Below are positions 53,191 through 64,000 of a stretch of 64,000 nt of DNA, piece after piece. The position numbers and the translations under genes are program-made. This stretch comes from Octopus sinensis (lineage: Eukaryota). The first letter of the stretch is position 1; the number at the start of each line of letters is the position of its first letter. Where the stretch lies: positions 28,210,001-28,274,000 of the forward strand of contig NC_043016.1 in NCBI RefSeq assembly GCF_006345805.1, given 5' to 3'. The notes below the pieces were generated by a model that had not been told where the DNA came from, made no database searches, and was given only the letters and a program-made list of their open reading frames with translations.

Positions 53191-54026
53191 GTACCCACAT
53201 CAGTTCTAGAAGTGCTGTGTGTTCCACCTACATGTAACAAGAAAACTTTTCACACACCCTATCCCAACAAACCAAACTACATCTTTTCTCTTCCTCACAT
53301 CTCCTCTTTCGTGCACTATGCTTATCTTCAACTCCCCAATCTTGTCCTCATGGCCCAGTTCACTGTATCATTGCTATCCAGTAGCACACAACCTCCTTTA
53401 TATATACCCAGATTTTCACCACTCACTGCATTCCCCTCCCCCGCTTCTTTGGCAATGCCCTACCACTTAATTTATGACCTCTCCTTTTACTCAACCATCC
53501 CATGTATATTCTGATCCCTGTCTCTTGTGAGTATGCCCAGCACTTTGCCACTATTTCTCTTCTGCTCCTTCTCTTGCACTCTTTCTCTCTCCTGCTTTTC
53601 TCTTGGGTTGGGTAACCATGTATCTCTTTTACAGCTCCCTCTCTCTCTCTCTCTCCCTCCCTCTTTCTCTTTAGCAAGACACCTGTTTCTGTCTATCTCA
53701 CAATAACCTTTGATCATCTGACACAAGATCACTTCCTCCAATGCCCATCCCCTCTCAAAGGATCTGTCAAGTTTTGTAATTTCTTAAGCACAGGTATAGG
53801 AACAAGGATCAAATAGCCATAAACTGTGAATTTATATCTCATCACAGCAGAAACACAACCAACAGCAGAATGTATGCAAATTGGTAACAACATCAATCGT
53901 GATCCTGTAGTGATGAAATCAATTGTTTGCCTCCATTTATTTTAATTGCAATACATAGCAAAAAAACGGACAAGTTCACATAAACCTCATCATGCCATGT
54001 GACTGGTGGTTTTTAATTAGTTAAAC

Positions 54027-56044
54027 TTGGGGGTCACCAAACTTTTTCTTAGTGGGCCAGACAAAGCTAAAAGAATGCCAAGCACAAACTGGATAAATAT
54101 TTTGCTCAATTCAGTACAAAATAGAATATACTGAATGTACACAAAAAATAAAGACAGTCATCCTATTTATTTATCAATACATAAAATACATAAAATAATA
54201 AAAACAATAAACATATTTTAATAATACCAAAATGTTAACAAGTTAGAATTTTTAGAAAAAGTGCGCACATAGCTGAATTGCATAAAAAATAAGCAGCACA
54301 AAACTTAATGAGATTTGTGAAACTGCCGTTTTGCTTCCAAAATATCATCCACATTTACTTTATGATTGCTGCAGCCAACTATAAGAATTACTTTCAAATC
54401 GTTTGTCAGTGAGCTTTGTTCAATGTATTGACTTAACACACTTCATTTTTGAAAAAATTTGTTCACAAACATAGGTTGTTCCAAAAACTAATGCCATACC
54501 TGAGGCAAATTTCTTCAATTTTGAAAACTCATCAGCAGTCAAGCAGTGATAAAATTCAATGAGCTTTCCTTCTCTGTGCTTCTCTTTCAACAAGGTATTA
54601 GCTTGCAAGTCAATAAGCTCCAGTTGTAGTTCAGTTGGCATGTTACCAAGATTACAGCCAAAGGGATTCTCAAACAAAAGAATTTCTTTCTCAATTCTGT
54701 CAAGCTCTGAAAACCTTTGAGAAAAAAGACCCAAATAATTTTTTTAATGAAACTCGAGGTTAACATGTTCCATATTTTCTGTGTAAAACTCTTGAAAACA
54801 CTGAAAATGAGAGAGGTTTCCTCCTTCAAATTGTGCTTCAAACAATGATAGCTTTCCTCGAAATGCTGTAATGATTCTGTAGAGATTACAGATAAGGTTA
54901 TTCTTTCCTTGCAGTTTTGAATTCATTTCATTCATATGAGAAGTGACGTCAACTAAAAATGACAACTTTGATAATCATGAAGGATCTGACAGCTGTGAAT
55001 CATCCATTTCTTCTATAATCTCAAAGTTGCAATTAACAATACGAATGAACTCAAGACGTTGTGATGTACTAGAGAGATCAGTAGACTCATCCTTTACAAG
55101 AGAATACCACAAAAATTTCTTAGCTTTCTCATGTATCTGTAACTGTGTATTCTCTCCAAGTTCTTCTATTCTCCACACAACTGAACTAGCTAAAAGGCTG
55201 ATACAGCCAAACATGTTAGCTTTTTCAGGACACGAGTCATTTCCTGCTTCCATCAGGCACTATTTTAATAAAGTTTCCATCAGTAAATGCCAACTTATTC
55301 ACTATTTTGCAACTTACGTGAGTGATAGATTCATTTTCGTAAAGAAATTCCTTTGAAATACCAAACTACATTTCATAGGTTCAAATTTCTCGGACCACAA
55401 TTTTCTAGAATATTGTAGTGACGACAAATTATTATACTCTTTCATAATAGCAACAATTTCGTTGCATATCAGGCAACTAGCTTTCTGGTCATTTGTTTCC
55501 CCAAAGAAGTACTTTTCTCCCCATTATTCATTGAAAAATGTGACATTCTTCAACTTTTCTCTTCTTAGTAGCTATAACAATGGGTGAAGAAAAAACAAAA
55601 GCAGCATCAGATATTCTCATTTTAATTGTAATCACTAATAAGTGACCAGCCCGAGACACACGTGATGTACTCATCATCATCATCATTTAGCGTCCACTTT
55701 CCATGCTAGCATGGGTTGGATGGTTCAACTGGAGTCTGGGAAGCCAGAAGGCTGCATCAGGCCCAGTCTGATCTGGCAGTGTTTCTACAGCTGGATGCCC
55801 TTCCTAATGCCAACCACTCTGTGAGTGTAGTGGGTGCTTTTTACATGCCACCGGCACGGGGGCCAGGCGAGTACTGTAGTAATTAATATGGCGCGTGACT
55901 CAGTATACATATGACATGTGTAATCTAAGAAGTGCAAGAAGCAGTATAAAAGCATGTTTATTTTTTTCAGCATACGTCGGCAGGCCAGACAAATTGACAG
56001 CATGGGCTGGATCCGGCCCGTGGGCCATAGTTTGGTGACCCATG
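54027..56044 (-). mobile_element. Internally deleted hAT transposon (GTF2IRD2/SPIN-like transposase)
   Basis: Fragments RIEELGEN...YSLVKDESTDLSSTSQ, FLVDVTSHMNEMNSKLQG, FGTTYVCEQIFSKMK; TIR gggtcaccaaact / agtttggtgaccc; 8-bp flanks agttaaac / agtaaaac; RTE tail nested at 55672-55870. Confidence 0.85.
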
Positions 56045-56148
56045 AGTAAAACAAATGTACTGCATTTGTTATATATTGATTAGAAGTTTCATATATAACA
56101 CTCATCACCTCATTAAGGAAGTCGATTTGGTGGATATCTTTCACTGGT

Positions 56149-56760
56149 TTAATTCCCTCTGCCGATATCCCTCTGCCTAAAAATGTAATGCTTGAAGTCT
56201 TTTGAACACATTTTTTTTCTTTTGACTTGTTTCTTGCGTAATCTTCCAAGGATGGCATTTAAATGTTTATTCAGGTTCTCTTCCGTCTTGGCAAAAACGA
56301 TTATATCGTCTTGGTAGGCAAGGAAAGTTTTTAGTCCCTTGAACACTACATTCTCTATAGCATGCTGAAAAAATTGCAGAGCTATTTATCGTCACCATCT
56401 GTAATTGCGTAACCAAGTATACCCCTCTTGAAAATATTTATGATGCAGAGCTTCTGACTATTTTCATTGAGCTCAATCTGCCAATATGTGTCAGTTAAGT
56501 CAATCTTAAAGAAGAATTTTGTGCCACTAAGCTTGCTGAACATTGTTTCTGTTTGTGGCAAAGAATAAGCTTCCGTGCATATTTTTTCATTTAAGTGAAC
56601 TTTATAGTTGGGTCACATACACAGTCATCCATTTTTCTTTCTAACCCACATGACTGGAGAAATATTGACTATGCCACCTAGAGCGCATATTTTAATTACA
56701 CCTTTGGTTTCCAATGCATCTATCAGGGTGAGTAAAAAGTAAGCAACGTTTTGAACCATG
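56149..56760 (-). mobile_element. Ty3/Gypsy reverse transcriptase fragment
   Basis: SPVMWVRKKNG, AYSLPQTETMFSKLSG, KIDLTDTYWQIEL, FLAYQDDIIVF across broken frames. Confidence 0.8.
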
Positions 56761-56869
56761 AAGAATCTGTACTGGATTTTTGCAGAATCTTGAATTTTTT
56801 TTTTAAACATTTTTTTGCAATTGTCTGATAATACAGACATAGACTTGCCCAAATGCATCGATAAATTAA

Positions 56870-57990
56870 CATTAATAAGCAATTTTGCTATTTACCTCCA
56901 AAAAAGGACGTAAAGCAGCAGAAACTGCTCGCAATATCAATGGAACTTTTGGTGAGGAGATGACCAGTGAGTGGTCAGCTCGAAAATGGTTAAAATGATT
57001 TCACAGTGAAGACCTGAACCTTGAAGATTGTGAGTGTAGTGGGCATTCATCTGTCATTGATGACAGTCAATTAAGGACCATCATTGAGAAAGATCCACAT
57101 AAACCCACTCAAGAACTGGCAAAAGAACTTGAAGTTAGCCAGAAAACTGCCTGCAATCGTATGCATGTGATCGGAAAATCAAAAAAGCTCAATAAATGGG
57201 TACTACACGATTTGAATGAAAATCAGAAAATACGCAGATAGGAAATTTGCTCATTGCTTCTTCTCCGTAACCAGACCGATCTATTTCTTGACTATATCGT
57301 AAGTTGCAACGAAAAGGGGATTCTGTACAATAATAAAAAATGTTCTTCACAGTGGTTGGACCAAAATGAAGTACCAAAAAACCTTCCTTAAACCCGAGCT
57401 CTTCAAAAAGGTCATGGTGACTGTTTGATGGTGTACTGCTTTGTTCAATGTATTGACTTAACACACTTCATTTTTGAAAAAATTTGTTCACAAACATAGG
57501 TTGTTCCAAAAACTAATGCCATACCTGAGGCAAATTTCTTCAATTTTGAAAACTCATCAGCAGTCAAGCAGTGATAAAATTCAATGAGCTTTCCTTCTCT
57601 GTGCTTCTCTTTCAACAAGGTATTAGCTTGCAAGTCAATAAGCTCCAGTTGTAGTTCAGTTGGCATATCAGGCAACTAGCTTTCTGGTCATTTGTTTCCC
57701 CAAAGAAGTACTTTTCTCCCCATTATTCATTGAAAATGTGACATTCTTCAACTTTTCTCTTCTTAGTAGCTATAACAATGGGTGAAGAAAAAACAAAATA
57801 TCTACTATAACTTCTTAAAACCCAGAAAAACCATTACTGCAGAAACATATTGCCATGAAATTGCCAAAATGAACGAAAGACTGCTACTCCTCCATCCCAA
57901 ACTGGTCAACAAAAGAGGGCCAATTATTTGTCACGACAATGCTCAAGCACATGTTTCATTAATGACTCTCCAGAAGCTGAGGGAACTTGG
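56870..57990 (+). mobile_element. Degraded mariner transposase, interrupted at 57438-57798
   Basis: KGRKAAETARNINGTFG, KWVLHDL, KKVMVTV, then IYYNFLKPRKTITAETYCHEI and HDNAQAHV after the insertion. Confidence 0.85.
57438..57798. repeat. Two-segment local duplication of hAT sequence (54413-54641 joined to 55468-55600)
   Basis: Near-exact copies; ORF track gives the same peptide for 54420..54734 and 57445..57675; internal junction at shared GCAT. Confidence 0.92.
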
Positions 57991-59228
57991 CCCTTCCATT
58001 TGCTGCCCCAGACCCTACAAAAAATACATATTGACTACAGCAGACCAAAAGTGCCGCCTGGGGCAGACCGCGCCTATGATTCCCCACCCCTAGCTACGCT
58101 AGTGCACCCAATTCACATTTCAGTGGAACATAGTGAAATTTACAACCCCTTATACAGGAGAATGAAAGCCACCCCAATTGTGCAGCCAAGAAGCAATTCA
58201 AATTTTATTATCAGACACAACTTCTTCACAAAAGGAAGGAGCCAATTATCAATGGCAACTACAAGATTCTTAGAACATTTAGGCTCTCTTATAAAGGGAC
58301 ATTTAATTTAAATTAACCCAAATCACTGGAACTGGATTCTCTAGATCTACATGTTACATTTGACTTCTACCATTAGCTTACACACTTTAACTACCTGATA
58401 ATTTTGTCTTTCTTCTATCTATTAGAACCTCTACTACTCTCTTCTTTGTTCTGATGGCCATATTCTTCCATGTGGATAGCTATGTATTCTATCTGTCTGT
58501 CCGGCCATCCATCTACATACATACACACATACATACATACATGATGGACTTTCCCATTGAAGACAACATATGAGTGTTCAGCTTTTTTACCAAACAACCT
58601 GCAAATATGATTTGCTTATAGTGATCAAATGTATGTACTGTACATTAGCTCACTCCCTCCATCAAATTAATGTTGCCTGAACAGGTGCATGCAATCATGA
58701 GTGCAACACCATAACCATGTGGCCACGCATCGAAAACACGTGAGGACATGGAACAAAAATAGTGTTATTGGACACTCAAGAAAGGAAAGAAAGAAGGAGG
58801 ATTTAACGTATCGAGCGGAGCTCTTCGTCAGAAACATAGAAAAAGGGAAGGTCCAAGGAAGGGAAGACAGAGAAAGAAAATCGCCAACGAGGCACATGCA
58901 ATCATGACACTCCATCGGTTACGATGACGAGGGTTCCAGTTGATCTGATCAACGGAACAGCCTGCTGGTGAAATCAACGTGCAAGTGGCTGAGCACTCCA
59001 CAGACATGTGTACCCTTAACATAGTTCTCGGGGAGATTCAGTGTGACACAGAGTGTGACAAGGCTGGCCCTTTGTAATACAAGTATAACAGAAACAGGAA
59101 GAAAGAGAGAAAGTTGTGGTGGAAGAGTACAGCAAGGTTCGCCACCACCATCTGCCGGTGCCTCGTGGAGCTTTAGGTGTTTTTGCTCAATAAACACTCA
59201 CAACGCCAGGTCTAGGAATCAAAACCGT

Positions 59229-59941
59229 GGATCTTTTCCTTTTGAGCGGCAGTTTTCAACACAATTTCTAGTTAACACTTTTAAACTTCGTATACTGGTA
59301 GAATGTGTCAAAATAAAACATTTTTTTCTCTTGACTTTCTTGAGGAAATTGTAATTTGTAAGTTTAACGTAGTTTAATTTTTCGAATTTTAACCAATCAA
59401 TGGCCTCTATTGAGCTGAAATCATTTGCTGCGTCTAAAACTGAGACAACATCCTGTCACTAACCCTAACCCTAAATTTTACCCTTTCGTTTTGTTTTTTT
59501 TTCTTAATTGTTAAATTAATTTAATTGTTACGCGTGTGTCTAAAATTATTTGCTTTGTTTTTGTTTTGAAATGCACGTGTATTGTTTAAACTATTTTCCA
59601 TTGCTTAAGAAAAAAAAAAACGAAAGGCTAAAACAAAAGCAATGGAAAATAATTTAAACAATTAACAAACAAAATAATTCTATAATTTTATACACACGCT
59701 TTCCGTACGTAAACATAGCAGTGACAGGATGTTGTCTCAGTTTTAGATGCAGCAATAGAGGCCATTGATTGGTTAAAATTCGAAAAATTAAACTACGTTA
59801 AACTTACAAATTACAATTTTCTCAAGAAAGCCAAGAGAAAAAAATGTTTTATTTTGTCACATTCTACAAGTATACGAAGTTTTAAAGTGTTTAGTTAACT
59901 CGAAATTGTGTTGAAAACTGCCGCTCAAAACGAAAAGATCC
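59229..59941. mobile_element. MITE with ~230-bp TIRs inserted in a tRNA-derived SINE (~58870-60000)
   Basis: 59229-59460 is the reverse complement of ~59720-59941; same GGATCTTTTC terminus as 17534/20492; flanks rejoin to a SINE also seen at ~15520-15790. Confidence 0.88.
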
Positions 59942-61788
59942 GTTTCGGGTCCGAAACCGCGAGTCCGCTGCCCTTACCACTGAGCCATCGCGCCTCCGCA
60001 CACACATATACATATATACCGTCTAAGAATCCATAAATCAGAAAAAGAAATATACATTCGTATATTTGTTTATAGAGTGGGATCTCTTAATCGTAGTGTG
60101 CAGTATTATATATCCATAACAGCCTATCTTACCAATTGATTTCACATCTATTTAACCCAGTGCCCTTCAGAGATGGTAGTTATGGAATGAAATATGGCGA
60201 CTACTCTCAATTGATGGAGATGAAAAGGAACATCAAGTTTGTCGGTGCTGTGACTATGACGAAACGAGCTGAGCTGGGGGGGGGGCTGTTAAGAGTTATG
60301 TCCCTTGGCACCAAAACACCCTCTGTGGGTGTATTGGGAGGCGACAAAAGAGTTTTTTTGGAAAAATGTGTATTGGAAATGTGCGTAAGTTTTAGGGTCG
60401 GTGTTCTTGTAGAATTCGAATATGTACAGTGGTACTATGTGTGTAGTATTTGGGGGGTTGGGGTTGGCGGATGCCCAAAGGCCGCATAAGCATCTGTGTG
60501 TTCATTTCTGTGTTTTTTTATTTGTTTTACTCTTTTACTATTTTACTTGTTTCAGTCATTTGACTGCGGCCATGCTGGAGCACCGCCTTTAATCGAGCAA
60601 CTCGACCCGAGGACTTATTCTTTTGTAAGCCCAGTACTTATTCTATCGCTCTCTTTTGCCGAACCGCTAAGTAACGGGGGCATAAACACACCAGCATCGG
60701 TTGTCAAGCAATGCTAGGGGGACAAACACAGACACACAAACACGCATATATATGTATTTATACATACATATATACGACGGGCTTCTTTCAGTTTCCGTCT
60801 ACCAAATCCACTCACAAGGCATTGGTCGGCCTGAGGCTATAGTAGAAGACACTTGCCCAAAGTGCCACGCAGTGGGACTGAACCCGAGACCATGTGGTTG
60901 GTAAACAAGCTACTTACCACACAGCCACTCCGAAGCACATATGTAGGAATTGTGTATGTCTAAATCATCTTTTACTGGGTGCCACTGTTCTCATATACTG
61001 GTGTTTAGATGTGTCATTTGGTTTGGTTTTATGTGGCTGGTTACCCATTTTATCTCCAACCACTTTACAGAATGTATATGGTTCATTTTCTCATCAACAC
61101 TAAGGAGGCTGAACAGTCCTCAACAAAGCAGGACTTGAGATATCTCACAGTACTACACAACTGCTTATCCACCAATCATTTCAAAGTGTACTGGATGCAT
61201 ATTTTTTAGTAACACTAGAAATTTAGTTTTGTTCACCAATCACTTGCAGAGGGAGGCCCAGTGGCACTGGCTCGGGAATGAGTCATCTTGTGCATCATAA
61301 CTGTAGAAAGCTCTCAGTAACTTGAGGCATGTAGACAGAGGATGGGAAGGAGAGAAGAAACAATGATAGCAGAAAAGGGTGGGTGTGGAGTGATAGGAAG
61401 TGTAAAAGGTACTCAATAACCCAGGATGAGTGCATTTGTTTGGACGACCAAGGAGGGGAATAGGAGAAAGATCAATGACAGCAGAGAGCCCAGAAATAAA
61501 TGGTTGAGTGGTGGGGTTGTGTTGAGTCAATTGACTATAACTTTATTAATCTAAACAGCTTCATGTTTTGGATATTTTAAAAATAAGAAAATAAAATGGA
61601 AGAAAACTCAAACCAACAAAAAATATATTATAAATATTTGTATAATTGTTTTATTGGAAAATTCTGAAAGTAACTGCTTTCATAAATCGTATTGATATCA
61701 AAATATTTCAACCAAAATATCATAGAAATTAAAAAATAAAATTTTAGATTTTACTAATTCACAATCATTAAATTAAATATATAAAAAT

Positions 61789-61956
61789 TCAATCTTGTAA
61801 TGTTTGAAGAGAATATATATTATTTTTCAGATTTTTTCTGAAATTCCAAACTTTGGTTGGTTTTATAGCCATCTTAGTTTCAAGCTGCTGCTTGTAACTT
61901 TTAGCAAAAAATCTGTTTGCATCAGTAATATCTGTATTATTAATATATTCATCCAA
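61789..61956 (-). CDS. NUDT6: Terminal exon of NUDT6-like Nudix hydrolase
   Basis: atttcatttcAG acceptor, phase 0 matching the upstream exon: LDEYINNTDITDANRFFAKSYKQQLETKMAIKPTKVWNFRKNLKNNIYSLQTLQD*. Confidence 0.72.
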   Translation of the reverse strand: MDEYINNTDITDANRFFAKSYKQQLETKMAIKPTKVWNFRKNLKNNIYSLQTLQD

Positions 61957-63603
61957 CTGAAATGAAATAATGTAGACATGTTAAAAGATCTTTATTAAAA
62001 ATTTCACAATAAAAATTTATTAAAAAATAAATTTGTATAAATTAATTTCTTTTTCATTCAAGAACGGAGAAGCAATATAAGAAAATTACTTAAACCAATT
62101 TAACTCTTAAAGTCACAGCATCTAATTGGTACCATGAGGAAGAATAAACAGCTTTAAACAAGAGGATTGTTTCTTAAATCATAGTGTTGAGTTCAAATTA
62201 TTTTATGGTCTATTGAACACGTCTACCAGAAACCACTCAAGTGCAACTACTCCTTTATTCTCTACAAAGAAGCAAATATTTCAGAAGTCATTCAATAATC
62301 CAAAGACTACAATCAAGAGGGTCATCTTTATTAAGGATACCATAGAAAAGACCTAATAATTGCTCTTCCACAGAATATGACAGAGTGATGAAAGTTGACT
62401 TGGGAGAGGCAGCTGAAAATTTCATCACATCTTGTTCAGTCCTCATAGAGACTAAACATTATCATGGTTTCTGAATCTGCAAGACAGCATATTTTATTGG
62501 AGTTAAATGTGTCCTGACAGGAGAAGATGGAAGAGATACAAAAATAGAAGGTGAAGAACCAAGAGTTGGCGGAGGATCAAGTGTGTGCCAGTGGAAATAG
62601 ACTGGTGATGGTTTGCATATTGTTCTCTTAGTAAGGCCTATGGAGAGTAGAACTATCAAAAACAAAGAACTCTCAAAAGGAATGAGGAGGATACAAAAAA
62701 TGCATCAAGGTGGCTCTGGCTAAGAAATAGGTGACTGCTAGGGGGTCAGTAGTAACAAACCTAGTCCTAGTCGCTTAGATGAAGGTGAATGTCAAAAAAC
62801 ACTAAGCACCCAGTGCCCCAAAGATACAACACTGATGATGTTTCCAAATATTGCATCCAAAAATTTATGAAGGACTAAGAAGTAGATTATAACTCAAATA
62901 ATTGTTTTTGCAATTAAAATTACAAGTATTTTAAAAAGAAACTACACCATTACTTAAAAATTTATATTTAAAAATGTCTGTTTTTAGACCATTTTTCACA
63001 TTTTGGGTGTTTTGATATAATGTTCATCATCATCATCATCATCATTTAGCGTCCGTTTTCCATGCTAGCATGGGTTGGACGGTTCAACTGGGGTCTGTGA
63101 AGCCGGAAGGCTTCATCAGGCCCAGTCAGATTTGGCAGTGTTTCTACGGCTGGATGCCCTTCCTAACACCAACCACTCCGCGAGTGTAGTGGGTGTTTTT
63201 TATGTGCCACCTGCACAGGTGCCAGACAGAGCTGGCAAACGGCCACGAACGGATGGTGCTTTTACGTGTCACCGGCATGGGGCCAGCCGAGGCTGGCAAC
63301 GAACACGAGCGGATGGTGCTTTTACGTGCCACCGACATGGGGCCAGACAGAGCTGGCAAACGGCCACGAACGGATTTTACGTGTCACCGGCACGGGGGCC
63401 AGAATACTTTCCAAATATCTTTCAGACAATCTTCCTAAGTTAAGCCAAAAATTAAACTGGAAAGATCATTGGAATCATGTTAATAGAGTAGTGAAAGGAC
63501 ACCACAAAAAAAAGTGTTAAAAAAAAAAAAGGAAGAAAACAAATTTAAGTAAATGAAGTTATATGAAAGTGAGGCTATAAAATAAAGAAAATTTTCTACT
63601 TAC

Positions 63604-63806
63604 ATCCATCCATTTACATTCTTTCACTTCTTGTAAACATGGATTTATCTCTTCAGTTAATGGCCGTAAAACACAAATGAAATATATATCTGAGCAGCCA
63701 AAATAGTAGTTGTGTTGATGGCGGAATGCTAATAGTGATTCAAATTTACATTTAACACCAGTTTCTTCAAATGTTTCCCTGATAGCAGTATCTGGTAAGT
63801 CCTCTT
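63604..63806 (-). CDS. NUDT6: Internal exon of NUDT6-like Nudix hydrolase with most of the Nudix box
   Basis: EDLPDTAIRETFEETGV fits E-x7-RE-x2-EExG; continues ESLLAFRHQH...FGCSDIYFICVLRP...CKWMD as in NUDT6; AG acceptor and GTAAGT donor. Confidence 0.9.
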
Positions 63807-64000
63807 CTGCATAATAATATAATAACATTTAAATTAAATTGTGCATATATAATATATACATTAGTAAATATATAATGAAATAAACTGGTGTATAATGAGT
63901 GTGTGTGTGTGTCTATACCTGTGTTTGTTCTCACCACTGCTTGACAACTGGTGATGGTGTGTTTATGTCCATGTAATTTAGTGGTTCACCAAAAGAGATC

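Overview
AT-rich eukaryotic genomic DNA, very probably an octopus or other coleoid cephalopod (inferred from SINE/RTE/MITE content, microsatellites and TTAGGG motifs). Host genes: (1) a complete six-exon minus-strand gene (49681->31474, 299 aa by manual splicing) encoding a polytopic membrane protein made of two tandem TP53I11/PIG11-like ~4-TM repeats and ending in a KKxx motif (KKAT); (2) the last three exons of a plus-strand paralog (213-404, 2985-3125, 4293-4466) facing it tail-to-tail across a ~26 kb spacer; (3) the last two exons of a NUDT6-like Nudix hydrolase on the minus strand (63806-63604, 61956-61789). The paralogs lie in a ~5 kb inverted repeat (1-~5040 vs ~30900-35911) that is near-identical even in introns. 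The exception is a short island in exon 4 with 19 amino-acid replacements plus a codon indel against 3 silent codon changes. This is the best candidate for an undescribed system: a gene pair homogenised by conversion or recent duplication but diversified at one segment. The rest is nested mobile DNA: an RTE LINE with an internal PHD finger, Penelope, Gypsy, hAT, mariner, pogo and IS630/Tc1 relics, 8-bp-TSD and TTAA-TSD MITEs, tRNA-derived SINEs, a two-segment templated insertion and hammerhead-like motifs. All calls were made by eye; no searches or alignments were run.
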